This document shows positions 51,300-62,623 of a stretch of 64,000 nt of DNA, piece by piece. Below the pieces are notes generated by a model. It ran no database searches and was not told where the DNA came from. It saw only the letters and a list, made by a program, of their open reading frames with translations. Each line of letters opens with the position of its first letter. Positions within the stretch are counted from its first letter, which is position 1. The position numbers and the translations under genes were made by a program. Origin of the DNA: Anthoceros angustus (taxonomy: Eukaryota > Plantae > Anthocerotophyta); NCBI GenBank assembly GCA_010909165.1, contig VJWM01000025.1:248001-312000 (forward strand), read 5' to 3'.

Positions 51300-52733
51300 A
51301 GTGGAATGGGGCCCAGCCCAGTAGTTCCAGAACCCACAATTGCCTCTCAAGTCCATTACCTCTGAATCCCACGCGACATGTGACAGGTTTCACCTCGAGT
51401 TATGGCAAGCGAGACGGGCAGCGGAACCGGAGCTTACCTCACAGCTTCTCACCAATTCAGGTCGCTGGTGTAAGGAGCCAGCAGGGCCAGGCATTCGCAC
51501 CACCTGCCTCCCATGGCGGCAGCAGCAGCGTCGGCAAGAAAAAGCGGCAGGAGCAGCTCTTGTCCAGAAAGTTGCGGGAGGCACAGGAGGAGCGATGCAG
51601 TAAATTGTGTGAGGAAGGACGGTAGAAGAGGCTGTCCAAGTGTTGGACCGCCTGGTACAGGAAGGGGTCGCTGGGAGCTCCTGTTCTATCCTCTACTAAA
51701 GAGGTGCATTGCGGAGAAGGATGTGGGTCTTGGCAGCCGCGTTCATGCTCTTGCCGTCAGATGTGGGCATGGGTCGGACATATTCGTGGCCAATCACGTC
51801 ATACGGATGTATGCTTCTCATGCTAGATTGGAGGAAGCGTCCGAGGTTTTCAGCACCCTCATTGCACCTAACGCCTTTGTCTGGGCTTCCATCATCAAAG
51901 CGCATGCTGATCAAGGACAGGCTGATGAGGCCATCAACCTTTACCGTAGGATGCGAGAGACGAGTACTGCGAAGCCAAACAACCATGTGTTTGCAGCAGT
52001 GCTGAAAGCATGTGCCAGTGTTTCAGATTTGGCTTCTGGCAAGCAGGCGCACGCTGACCTTTGCAGAGTGAGGACGAGCCTGATATGGTCGTTGGAAGTT
52101 GTCTGGTGGACATGTATGCCAAATGTGGAACTTGGACGATGCCCGCAGGGTGTTTGAGGATCTGCCTGCAAGAGATGTGGTGACATGGACTGCTCCCAGG
52201 ATCGCAGGATATGCTAACCATGGGCTCAGTCAAGCCCTGGATGTGTTTGCAAGCATGCAGCAGGAGGGCATCACGCCGGCCAATAATTTCACATACACCG
52301 GCCTTCTCAAGGCATGTGCCAGCACCGGGCTTTGCACATAGGGTGGCAGCTTCATTGTGTGATCCGAGAAAGGGGCTGGAAACCAATCTCGTGATTGGCA
52401 GTGCTCTGGTTGACATGTATGCAAAATGCGGGAGCTTACGGGATGCTCGAAAGATATTCGACACATTGCCTGTGAAGAATGTTGTGACATGGAATGCCAT
52501 GATTTGCTGGGTATGTGCAGCACGGGTCTGAGAAACTGGCGTTGGCGTATGGGCTCCAGAACACTCCACCCGGCTCAACGCTGCTGGTTTCTAAGAATCT
52601 TCGGATGTGCAACGACTGCCACCGTAGCACCAAAATCCTGTCACGCCTTGAGAAGCGAGAAATTGTTGTGAGGGATGCACACCGTGTGCATCGATTTCTG
52701 GGTGGCTCCTGTTCGTGTGCGGATCGGCCTTGA
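51300..52733 (+). pseudogene. PPR gene C, unit 2, deleted and fused to a half DYW domain
   Basis: ...GYVQHG|SEKLALAYGLQNTPPG...KNLRMCNDCH...HRFLGGSCSCADRP*; same +1 T frameshift as unit 1. Confidence 0.78.
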
Positions 52734-53407
52734 CTGGATTTTGCTGGTCGTATATAACCTGATGCTCTGATGCATGTCATGGCGACGTGAAAGCTCACAG
52801 AGTAGTTTCCAAAGTTAATCCTTCCGGAATTTTTCTTGAGAAATCCCCATCGTCATCTTCGCCTATACAAGAGCGGGGGAGGTGAAGTTGAGAGAGTCCC
52901 ATAGCCGGTAAACAGCAAGGGACGAGCCGGTTGTTCCGCGACTGGCCCTTTTACAATCTTTCACCGGCACTGGACAGTATTATTCCAGCCAAAACCCGCA
53001 GCTCCAGCGACAGACTCCAGCCTGTGAGAGCCGCCCACTGGGAGGTGAGATGCGAGGTGTTCGATTTCCTCAAGGTTCAATGTTGTGTGGGATGAAGCCT
53101 GCATGCTGATAGTTCGCCGGTAGCGTACTCTCTCGTTGGGTGCGGTGTCCAGGTTAGATGTGCCGGCAAAGGAGGTGCGCACCCGCAGGCACTTCTATTT
53201 GTTGTGGCAGGTGACCGTGTGTCCTGAAGCTTCCCATTATGATGAGTGAGTAGGGGATTGTAACCTGGGCCCTAGTTTTGGAGCGCACATACAGCAGAGC
53301 AGAATTGGTGATTTTGGAGGTGATCGTGCTTGTTCTGTTCTGTGCTGTGGATGCCGTTATGTTTCGTTAGTGAAAAAGAGGCCTTTGGTCCTTGTTTCTC
53401 ATCATGC

Positions 53408-53482
53408 TTGGAGGAGAAGGAGGTGGTGGGCGAGGAGGAGGTGGTGGACGAGGAGGAGGTGTTGGAGGAAGAGGAGGAGGAT
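53408..53482 (+). repeat. GAG-rich tract (also at ~43088-43160)
   Basis: Reads EEKEVVGEEEVVDEEEVLEEEEED on the plus strand. Confidence 0.8.
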
Positions 53483-54209
53483 GCACCCCTGGGCCACGGC
53501 AGCCAGTCGAGGCTAAGAGCACTTAGTTGCCTTGCACTTTTAGCAAGGTGGACGTCGCATGCATGGCAATGGCATTGCGCAGAATCCGGATCCGTGGACC
53601 GTAGTGTCGCAAGCTTGGCAAAAGGTTGTAGACTTCCAGCTCTGCAACTTCATCGCAGAGAGGGTCCAGGAGGCCATTTGAAGACTAGTGCAGTTGTAAG
53701 CAAACCTGTAACCCTCTGGCCAGCTGAAGAATATTATTGGAAGCAGACTACCTCGTCATGAATTCATGTGGCTGCAGGCCTGCCTAGGCGTGTCACATAG
53801 ACATGTACACCGTCAGCTGGAGCCCCCAGCCGTCCCTTTGATCAGCATACTGGGATCACTCCCGGGCCATGGCCAGTTCGCGGAGCCTCCACGGCGACCC
53901 TTGTCCCTGTCCAGCCAAAAATATATCGGCTTCGAATTCGGAATGGGAATTCAAGCTGAACCTTGCTCTCCTCCGACCAAAGGATATCGATAACGATGCT
54001 GCCGGCGCCATCCAGGCTACGATTCCAGCTGCCTTCTGCGATTCCGCCTCCTGAAGCCATGTAGGCGTTGCAGGCGCATGGCATTGCCCGCGAGTGGATC
54101 GCCTCACATCTTTAAATTACTTCAATCGCGCAATCAGGCTACATGCTTGGTCCCACTGGTGTGATGAGGCCAGACTCATGGTCTACCTACATATATTGTA
54201 TCGTTTCTT

Positions 54210-54246
54210 GACCAGGACTAGGACCAGGACCAGGACCAGGACCAGG
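54210..54246 (+). repeat. (GGACCA)n hexamer repeat (also at ~43840-43875)
   Basis: Direct reading. Confidence 0.9.
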
Positions 54247-54495
54247 TCTCGGATCCTCAAGACTATGAAGCCTTGTGTCAGTCGAGTACTGTACCATCTT
54301 GGATGCCCGGCTACGCCTGCACCACTCGCCGGCTTCGCCCTAAACGCGTTAAGGGCGAAGTCAAGAGATATTTCTGGTGTAGGCCAGCCAGCTGCTGCTG
54401 CAGGCGAGCTGGAGCTGATAGGACTATAAGCAAGGTAGAGGCGGACGCAGCAGACCAGGCCCTAGCCTCTAGACCCTAGGTCGAGGGGCGCATCC

Positions 54496-55906
54496 ATGGA
54501 TGTAGTCGTGCGTGTGACAGAAGTCTTGGAGCTCTGCCAGGGGATCGCAGGAAGGGCTCAGGAGGCCATATCGCACAAGGAAACCTGCAACGCTCTGGCA
54601 AAACTTGTGAATTGCTTAAGTAGGTACCTCAGGACAGCTCGCTCATGAATTCATCTTCTCTTAGTAACATAGTACTGTGCTCGACTACTGACTTTGTAAC
54701 CTGCTGACGGAATTATATCCATCCTGTACATGTGTGCTCTGGACAGAGCCCACACTCGAGAGGCTGCATCAATCACCGGAGCTGGCCCATGATGAGACCA
54801 TAGTTGTGCCGCTGGCCGGGGTGGGAGACGAGCTTCAAAAGGCAAAAGTGCTAGTGGACTACTGCTGCCAATTTGGCTTGGTTTCAGCTTTCATGTGGAG
54901 CAAGGAGAGGGAGTTGAAGGAAGCGGAAGGAAAAATTCAAATCTATGTGTCATTCCTCAACCTCGCCTTGACCGCGCGAACGGTAAGCTTGCTTGTAAAC
55001 CTTGCGCGTGCAGCATGCATCGCCCCTGAGTCCCTGACCAAAATCCATTGCCATATGATGTTCGTCACAGGTGGCAGTGTCCCAGCTTTTTGGCTAGACT
55101 GCAACACTGTTAGAACTGGCAGCACGTATGGCCGTCACCTGAATAATATGCTGCCATCCTATGCCTGCAGGTGTTGAACTCCAAGCCCGGGCAGTCGAGC
55201 AGCACCAGCACTAGTACTTCCCAGCGTCCCTCTGCGGCTCCGGATCCGGAGCCGGCTTACACGAACCAGAAGTTGGCTGAACACGCGGTGTCAGCCAAAT
55301 TGTTGTGCATCACGTGGGGACACGATCCGCGTTACTGGGAGTGGACATATCGTGCAGGATCGTGGTGAGAGTCTGATTTCGCGGCCACTCTGTTCCGTAG
55401 CAGTATCCTTTCCCTTTCAAGAAGCGTTATGTAGGTCTTCTTGGAATGCTTGGCTTGGCTTGGCTGGGCTTGGAGATTGCCTGGTGTATATGTAACTGGG
55501 CCTTGCTTGGCAGGTTTGGAGAAGTGGCGTATCTCAAGATGGTGTGTTGGCTGCATGTCACTGGGACCATGAGGTGCAATCTGCCGCCTGGAAGGTATAC
55601 CTTGTCCTGGCGGCTGAACCTGGCCACTTTGATCATCACACCTTTGAACACGGAGCCGGTGGTCTTCGACTTCGAGACCAGCGGGGGCAAAGAGGGAGCA
55701 CTTCACGAAACTTGGCGTTGTACAAACATGAAAGCAGGGACGCGGGACAGGGGTGGAGGGAGCTGGACGTGGGGGAGTTTGTCATTTCCCCCAACGCAGA
55801 GCTTCCAGTGCAAATCAACTTCTGCATGAGACAAACTGAGGATTACTGGAAGATGGGCTTATATCTGGATGGGGTGCATGTGCAAAAGACCTCAGATCTG
55901 GCCTAG
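54496..55906 (+). CDS. Gene D, unit 2: putative MCAfunc/MLKL-like four-helix bundle fused to a PP2 lectin domain (~315 aa, 4 exons)
   Basis: Exons 54496-54619, 54747-54982, 55171-55364 and 55514-55906 with GT-AG introns total 947 nt, one base short of frame at a G run near 55682. N-terminus: HKETCNALAKLVNCLKPTLERL...ETIVVPLAGVGDELQKAKVLVDYC. C-terminus: SAKLLCITWGHDPRYWEW, FGEVAYLKMVCWL, LPPGRY, GWRELDVGEF, KMGLYLDGV. Confidence 0.8.
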
Positions 55907-56544
55907 ATTAGGAGGCACCAGACTTATGTATTTCTAGAGAATATCTCTACAAAGCCCAAGAGTAAAGGGCAAGAAGTCTCTAAAAGCCTAAGAGTAAAGG
56001 AGGCAGGCCAAGTCCAAAAAGCCCAACAGCCCAACAGTAAATGGATAAGAAGTCAAGGGATCAATAGGATTCAAAGACTCAGGCAGGCCAAGTCCAACTT
56101 GGTGTGAGATGTGGTGTGTGCAAGTGTGCTTGTATGCTTAGCACCTAGTACAATTAATGCATATAACCCATATTAAAGTGTTGTTGTTCCTATGAATAAA
56201 GCCTTAGCCCTTTCCACTTCCTTCCATCAGGCTCCGCCTTGTTCTTTGTCATGACACATGGAATACATACATGAGCCATGGGCCAAGTGCTTGGATGGGA
56301 TGCTATTCATTCAAATTCCCTCAAAAATCTAAACCTTTACCATCTGTCTGCAGCTAAGTACGGCGTGGTCGTCAAACAAATAATTTATTTTAACTCCATT
56401 AAGGACGGAGATGCCGCCATGTGGGTGTGGGGCGATAAACAAATAATTTATGTAAAATCCACTAAAAGACGGACACGCCGCGCAACTTCCTCCGTAGAGA
56501 AAACTAGGCTACTAACACTAGGTACCCATCCGGATCCGCTTGCA

Positions 56545-58441
56545 GTGTAGAGCGCTTAACTACGACGAGTTCATGATCCCACTGTCAAACTAGGAAACCG
56601 TTCATGATCCCACTGTCAAACTAGGAAACCAGATGTCTTCATGTGGTTTTTCATAATCTCTGCACGTGCTAAGCACGGGAAACCTAGTGAGGCCTTACAA
56701 CTGTACCGTGAAATGCGTAGGTCAGGAGTGAAGGCGGATGCTCGCGTCTTTGTTGCCACCCTTCAGGCTTGTGCTTTGGCCGCCGACTTGGAAGCTGGCA
56801 GAAACGTGCACTGTGATGTGTTGAACAGCGGCATTCCTACTAACTTATTTGTTGGCAACTGCCTGGAAGGCATGTACGCAAAATGTGGCGAACTGATTGA
56901 TGCACGCCGGGTTTTTGCCACTATGGCCATTCATGATGTCGTGACATGGAATTCCCTGATGATATCTGGGTATGCAAAATGTGGTGAAATAAAAAATGCA
57001 CAACAGGTTTTCGACAGCATGGCCACAAAGAGTGTGGTGACATGGACGGTGCTGATAGCTGGATATGCTGAACAAGGGCTCGGGCATGAGGCCCTTCTTG
57101 TGTCTGGACAAATGGAGCAGGAGGGGCTGATTTTGGCTAACCAAGTTACTTTTGCTTGCCTTCTCTAGGCCTGTGCAAGCACTGGTGCCTTACAGAAGGG
57201 CAGGCAGCTGCACTCAGACATTTTTCAAAGACTATACGCAGGCTGCTGGATAACGTAGTGCTGGGCAACTGCTTTGTGGACATGTATGCAGAATGTGGTG
57301 AGCTGGAAGACGCCCGCCAGGTTTTTGGCAGCTTGACCACGAAGAATGTGGTGACATGGAATGCCCTGATTGCTGGCTATGCACAGCAAGGACTGGTCCA
57401 AGAGGCGCTTGTTGTAGCACTTGTGCCTTACAGCAGGGCAGGCACCTGCACTCACAGATTGTCGAAAGAGGACTCTCGGATAACATTGTGTTGGCCACCT
57501 GCCTGGTGGACATGTATGCAAAATGTGGTAAAGTGGAAGACGCACGAACACAAAGGATGTTTTCACATGGACCGCCCTGATATCGGGGTAGGGTATTTGT
57601 GATGAAGGTCACAAAAGCTCTAGCTTGTTTTGAGGAGATGTCAGTTGCTGGTATTCAGCCAAATGATGCAACTTTTACTTGCCTTCTAGTGGCATGCAGT
57701 CATGAGGGACTGGTGGATGAGGGTCGCAAGCACTTTGTTTCCATGCCTGAACAGCATGGCATCAAACCTACTACCGAGCATTACAATTGCATGAGTGATC
57801 TTGTTGGGCGTGCAGGCCATTTAAATGGGGCAGAGAAGATGCTATCAAAGGGCCAAAGTAATGTCGTTGGCTTGACGTGTTTGTTGAATGCCTGCAAAAG
57901 TCACGGTAATGTAGAGAGGGCGATGTGTTGTTTTGAAAGCATTGTTTGGCTGGAGCCTCATATGGGCTCATGGCCAATGCCTAAGCAGATGCAGGTAGGT
58001 GGACCGATGTGGGCAGGGTTGAATCACAGAGAACGGTAGCAGGAGCCCACAAGAAACCTGCAGTGGCGAGAGTTGAGGTGAAGAAGCAGGTACACACCTG
58101 TGCGGTTGGAGAAAGAAGAGATGATCTTGCACTTAAAGGTAGAGAGCACGAATGCACGTCTGAAGCAGGAAGGAGACCACGTACCTCACACAAAGTTGGT
58201 GTTGAACCCACTGTCTGAGAAGGAAAAGGAAGATGCGCTTTGTGGACATGCTGAGGAACTAGCTCTGGCGTTTGGTCTGTTGAACACTCCGAGTAGGACA
58301 CCTCTGGTGGTAACGAAGAATCTACGCATGTGCAGCGATTGCCACAGCTCCACGGAGGTCATGTCAAGGCTTGAACTGAGAGATGGGTACCGTGTGCATC
58401 GATTCGCAGGTGGTCCTTGTACTTGGAAGGATCGACCGTGA
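56545..58441 (+). pseudogene. PPR-DYW:KP gene A, unit 3, with full 3' part, degenerate
   Basis: No N-terminus; in-frame TAG at ~57166; KKPAVARVEV; HAEE; deletion of KRDIVV; terminal CTWKDRP*. Confidence 0.85.
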
Positions 58442-58845
58442 GAAAATAAAGCACTACAGACTGCTGCTTCTCATCTTGTGGAGGGTGGAAGGTGCTTGCT
58501 TAACACCATCCCTGAGACATGGACATGGATGGCCAACCACTGATTTCGCTCGATCAGAACATCAATATCAGATCGGAGACATGCACGTTGGTGGCTAAAC
58601 ACTGATCCACCTCTCATTCAGAACACTGAGATCATGAGAATCGATTGACGCCCTCTTTTCTCATTCTGGAAGGTAGTAATTTCAGGCTGGTTTAGTATAA
58701 GCGTACAAAATTCATCTGGTGGCCTGACCTAAGTACGCAAAATGCATCTGTTTGTGCACTTTGCACTTGCTCATCCTGCCATGATCCATCGTCTGCTGTG
58801 AGACTCATCGTCGGAGAGCGGTACTTGAACGATGTTGGCCACAGT

Positions 58846-61734
58846 ATGGCATCCGGACGCGTTGTGGACCCAACAAATTGGTGTGTGCACAGGGATCCTA
58901 CGAGAACCTCCCCCTCGCGTTACTGTAGGGAGTGAACCCCCGGCAAACAATCAAGCCTCGAGCTGCAGCAGTGGAAGGAGCCCAGTGCATCCACTTCCGA
59001 GGAAATTTGTTGGTGTGCACGGATTTTCCAGCGATGGTAGTCGCCAGGATCAGGAACAGGAGCACTGGTGGCAAAATTTTTCCTGGACCCTACCTTGTGG
59101 TGGGACAACAGACGAGATAAGCAGAGCTCCGGTTCGCCTGACTTCCAGCGTAAGGGGTCCGGCGAGGTCTTGTGGATAAACAGCAGTTCTAAGCCAGCTT
59201 GGGTTGATGAGCAGCTCGTTTCCTTGGAGATGCAGATGGGCCATGGTGCCTCGCCTTCTAACTCCACCTCTCCGGATAAGCCTGAACCTGGCAGGCGTGC
59301 TGGATCGGAAATGGGCGTTGTAACGCCTGTAACCGTGCGCACGTTTTGTCAGCAGGGGAAGCTTTCCGAGGCCGTTGGAGCCCTGGAATGTCTGGCGCAG
59401 ACAGATTCAGCTATTTCTCAGTCTCTGTTTTACACCGTGCTAAAACTGTGTGCAGCTAAGAAGGATCTGGTTGTGGGGCGACGAGTTCATGACCTCACTG
59501 TCAAACTTGGGTACGAGTCGGATGCATACTTGGGGAACCATATCTTGCGCATGTATGCATGTGGAGGTAGGCTGCAGGAGGCCATGGATGTGTTCACCAG
59601 GGTGGGAAACCAAATGTCTTCATGTGGTTTTCCATAATCTCTGCACATTCTAAGCAGGGGAAACCTCATGAGGCCATACAACTGTACCATGAGATGCGTA
59701 GGTCAGGAGTGAAGGCGGATGCTCACGTCTTTGTAGCTGCCCTTCAAGCTTGTGCATTTGCGGGCGACTTGGAATCTGGCAGAAAGTGCACTGTGATGCA
59801 TTGTGCACAGTGGCATTCCTCCTGACTTGTTTGTTGGGAACTGCCTGGTGGACATGTATGCAAAATGTGGGAACTGGAAGATGCACGCCATGTGTTTGAA
59901 AGTTTGACCACAAAGGATGTGGTGACATGGACGGCGCTGATTGCTGGGTATGCCCAGCAAGGGCTCGCACATGAGGCACTTGTTGTGTATGGACAAATGG
60001 AGCAGGAGGGCCTGATTTGGCTAACCATGTTACTTTTGCTTGCCTTCTGAAGGCCTGTGCAAGCTGGTGCCTTACAGAAGGGCAGGCAGCTGCACTCACA
60101 GATTGTCGAAAGAGGACTGCTGATAATATATTGGTGGGCAACTGCCTGGTGGACATGTATGCAAAATGTGGTGAACTGGAAGATGCACGCCAGGTTTTTG
60201 ACAGCTTGGCCACAAAGGATGTGGTGACATGGAATGCCCTGATTGCTGGGTATGCACAGCAAGGACTCCAAGAGGCGCTTGTGTATGGACAAATGGAGCA
60301 GAGGGCCTCATTTTGGCTGACCATGTTACTTTTGCTTGCCTTCTGAAGGCCTGTGCAAGCACTGGTGCCTTACAGAAGGGCAGGCAGCTGCACTCACAGA
60401 TTGTGGAAAGAGGACTGCTGGATAATGTAGTGTTGGGCAACTGCCTGGTGGACATGTATGCAAAATGTGGTGAACTGGAAGATGCACGCCAGGTTTTTGA
60501 CAGCTTGGCCACAAAGGATGTGGTGACATGGACTGCCCTGATATCTGGGTATGCACAGCAAGGACTCGGCCAAGAGGCGCTTGTTTTGTATGGACAAATG
60601 GAGCAGGAGGGCCTGATTTGGCCAACCCTGTTACTTTTGCTTGCCTCCTGAAGGCGTGTGCAAGCACTGGTGCCTTACAGAAGGGCAGGCAGCTGCACTC
60701 ACTCACAGATTGTCGAAAGAGGACTGCTGGAGAATGTAGTGTGGGCAACTGCCTGGTGGACATGTATGCAAAATGTGGTGAACTGGAAGATGCACGCCAG
60801 GTTTTTGACAGCTTGGCCAAAGGATGTGGTGACATGGAATGCCCTGATATCTGGGTATGGTACTTGTGATGAAGGTCACAGAGCACTAGCTTGTTTTGAG
60901 GAGATGTTAGTTGCCGGTATTCAGCCTGATGGTGCTACTTTACTTGCCTTCTAGTAGCATGCAGTCATGGGGACTGGTCCATGAGGGTCGCAAGCACTTT
61001 GATTCCATGGCTGAACAGCATGGCATCAAACCTACTATTGAGCATTACAATTGCATGATTGATCTTCTTGGGCGTGCAGGCCATTTAGATGAGGCAGAGA
61101 AGATGCTATTGTCATGTGAGGCCAAAGTAATGTTGTGGGCTTGACGTCTTTGTTGAATGCCTGCAAAAGTCACGGGGATATAGAGAGGGCGGTGTGGTGT
61201 TTTGAAAGCATTGTTAGGCTGGACCCTCAGTGGCGTCTGCGTATGTGCTCATGGCCAATGCCTACGCAGATGCAGGTAGGTGGACTGATGCAGACAGGAT
61301 TGAAACACAGAGAATGGTAGCAGGAGCTAACAAGAAACCTGTAGTGGCGGGCATTGAGGTGAATAAGCAGGTACATACATTTGTGGTGGGAGAAAGGAGA
61401 GACGATATTGCGCTCAAGGTAGAGAGCACGAATGCACGTCTGAAGCAGGAAGGAGGCCACGTACCACACAAAGTTGGTGTTGAAGCCAGTGTCTGAGAAG
61501 GAAAAGGAAGATGCGCTTTGTGGGCATGCTGAGAAGCTAGCTCTGGCGTTTGGTCTGTTGAACACTCCCAGTGGGACACCTCTGGTGGTAACGAAGAATC
61601 TACGCATGTGCAGTGACTGCCACAGTTCCACGGAGATCATGTCAAGGGTTGAAAAGAGAGACATTGTTGTAAGGGATGGGTACCGTGTGCATCGATTCGT
61701 ATCTGGTTCTTGCACTTGTAAGGGTCGACCTTGA
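58846..61734 (+). CDS. PLS-class PPR-E1-E2-DYW:KP ('GRP') gene B, unit 3, four S-motifs
   Basis: N-terminal extension, PLS triplets, [42 protein letters not shown]. Confidence 0.88.
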
Positions 61735-62279
61735 GAGTGAAGAACTCGCCAGTCTGCAGAAGGTGAAACTGTGGCACGCGGGGCTGGGAGACATTCCAAT
61801 TCGGAGGTGGGCGCTGTAAGAAGCAAGGCTTGTGCTGTGCTCCACTTTCGATGAGCCCTCAACAGGGTGTGCTAAACGGCAGCATTAGGCATTGTGGCTT
61901 TGATCACATCAAAGCTATTGCCTCATGAAGTTTGCTGCTCGGCCCAGAAGATCCACTACGCATGTGCTATGGTCCTCTGTGCTCAAACCCTCGAAATACT
62001 TCCGCCCTTGCTCACTGAGGACAGGAAGAAACCTAAGCTTCAGGGTCCACTGGGAGGTCACGATATTGTGGCCAGAACGTCTCCAGATTGTTGTAAACCG
62101 CTGCGGCACAGACGTCCCTGCGAAGCCGACAAGGATTGTGGATTGAACGTTCACATGCTCAGAGGCTGGTCGGCGGAATGTGCCCGAAAGCCCTGGTAGC
62201 CGTCAATGTAGGTGATGCCGCTCGGCAGAGATTCAGACATGGAATATGTAGCCTTTGCTGCTGTAACAAGACGAGCTGC

Positions 62280-62470
62280 GCTGGCCCAAGTCCAGCAGGG
62301 GCAGCTCAGACAGGCTGCCGAGCTTCTGGGGGTTCTATTGCTGGCAGACGTTTGCTCTCAGTCTCGTTTTACAATGTCCTTGAAAATGGAGTCCTTGAGA
62401 ATGATTCGGGTCTGGGTCGCCGTGTGCAAAGCTCTCGCGGTGAATCGGACCGTACGCACATTATGCGGCT
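62280..62470 (+). pseudogene. Degenerate PPR N-terminal remnant (also at ~50950-51130 and ~40800-40960)
   Basis: QQGQLRQAAELL / FYNVLENGVLENDSGLGRRVQ resembles [12 protein letters not shown] / [21 protein letters not shown] of gene B. Confidence 0.4.
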
Positions 62471-62623
62471 CATATGCTTCTCCACACACCTTGTCCTCTT
62501 CTTTTCGTCTCTTTCAGGCTCCTCCTGCTCTCTGCGTCACCCAGTAGCAACGCTGCAAAAGGTTATGGCACACAAGAGCAGTAGCAGTAGCAGGATCAGG
62601 AGCTGGGCCAATCAAATCTCCGG

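Larger units (their letters stand above)
45664..56122 (+). repeat. Tandem segmental duplication, unit 2
   Basis: Collinear with units 1 and 3. Confidence 0.95.

Noticed and set aside
52515-52733. Stand-alone active DYW deaminase
   Set aside because: HxxE spacing, no gating domain, and an upstream frameshift shared by two copies.
53330-54480. Acidic ORF as an N-terminal extension of gene D
   Set aside because: Stops in the relevant frames before the 54496 ATG and no convincing splice path.
37800-61900. Many minus-strand ORFs repeating [14 protein letters not shown].../[16 protein letters not shown]
   Set aside because: Antisense shadows of the PPR repeats.
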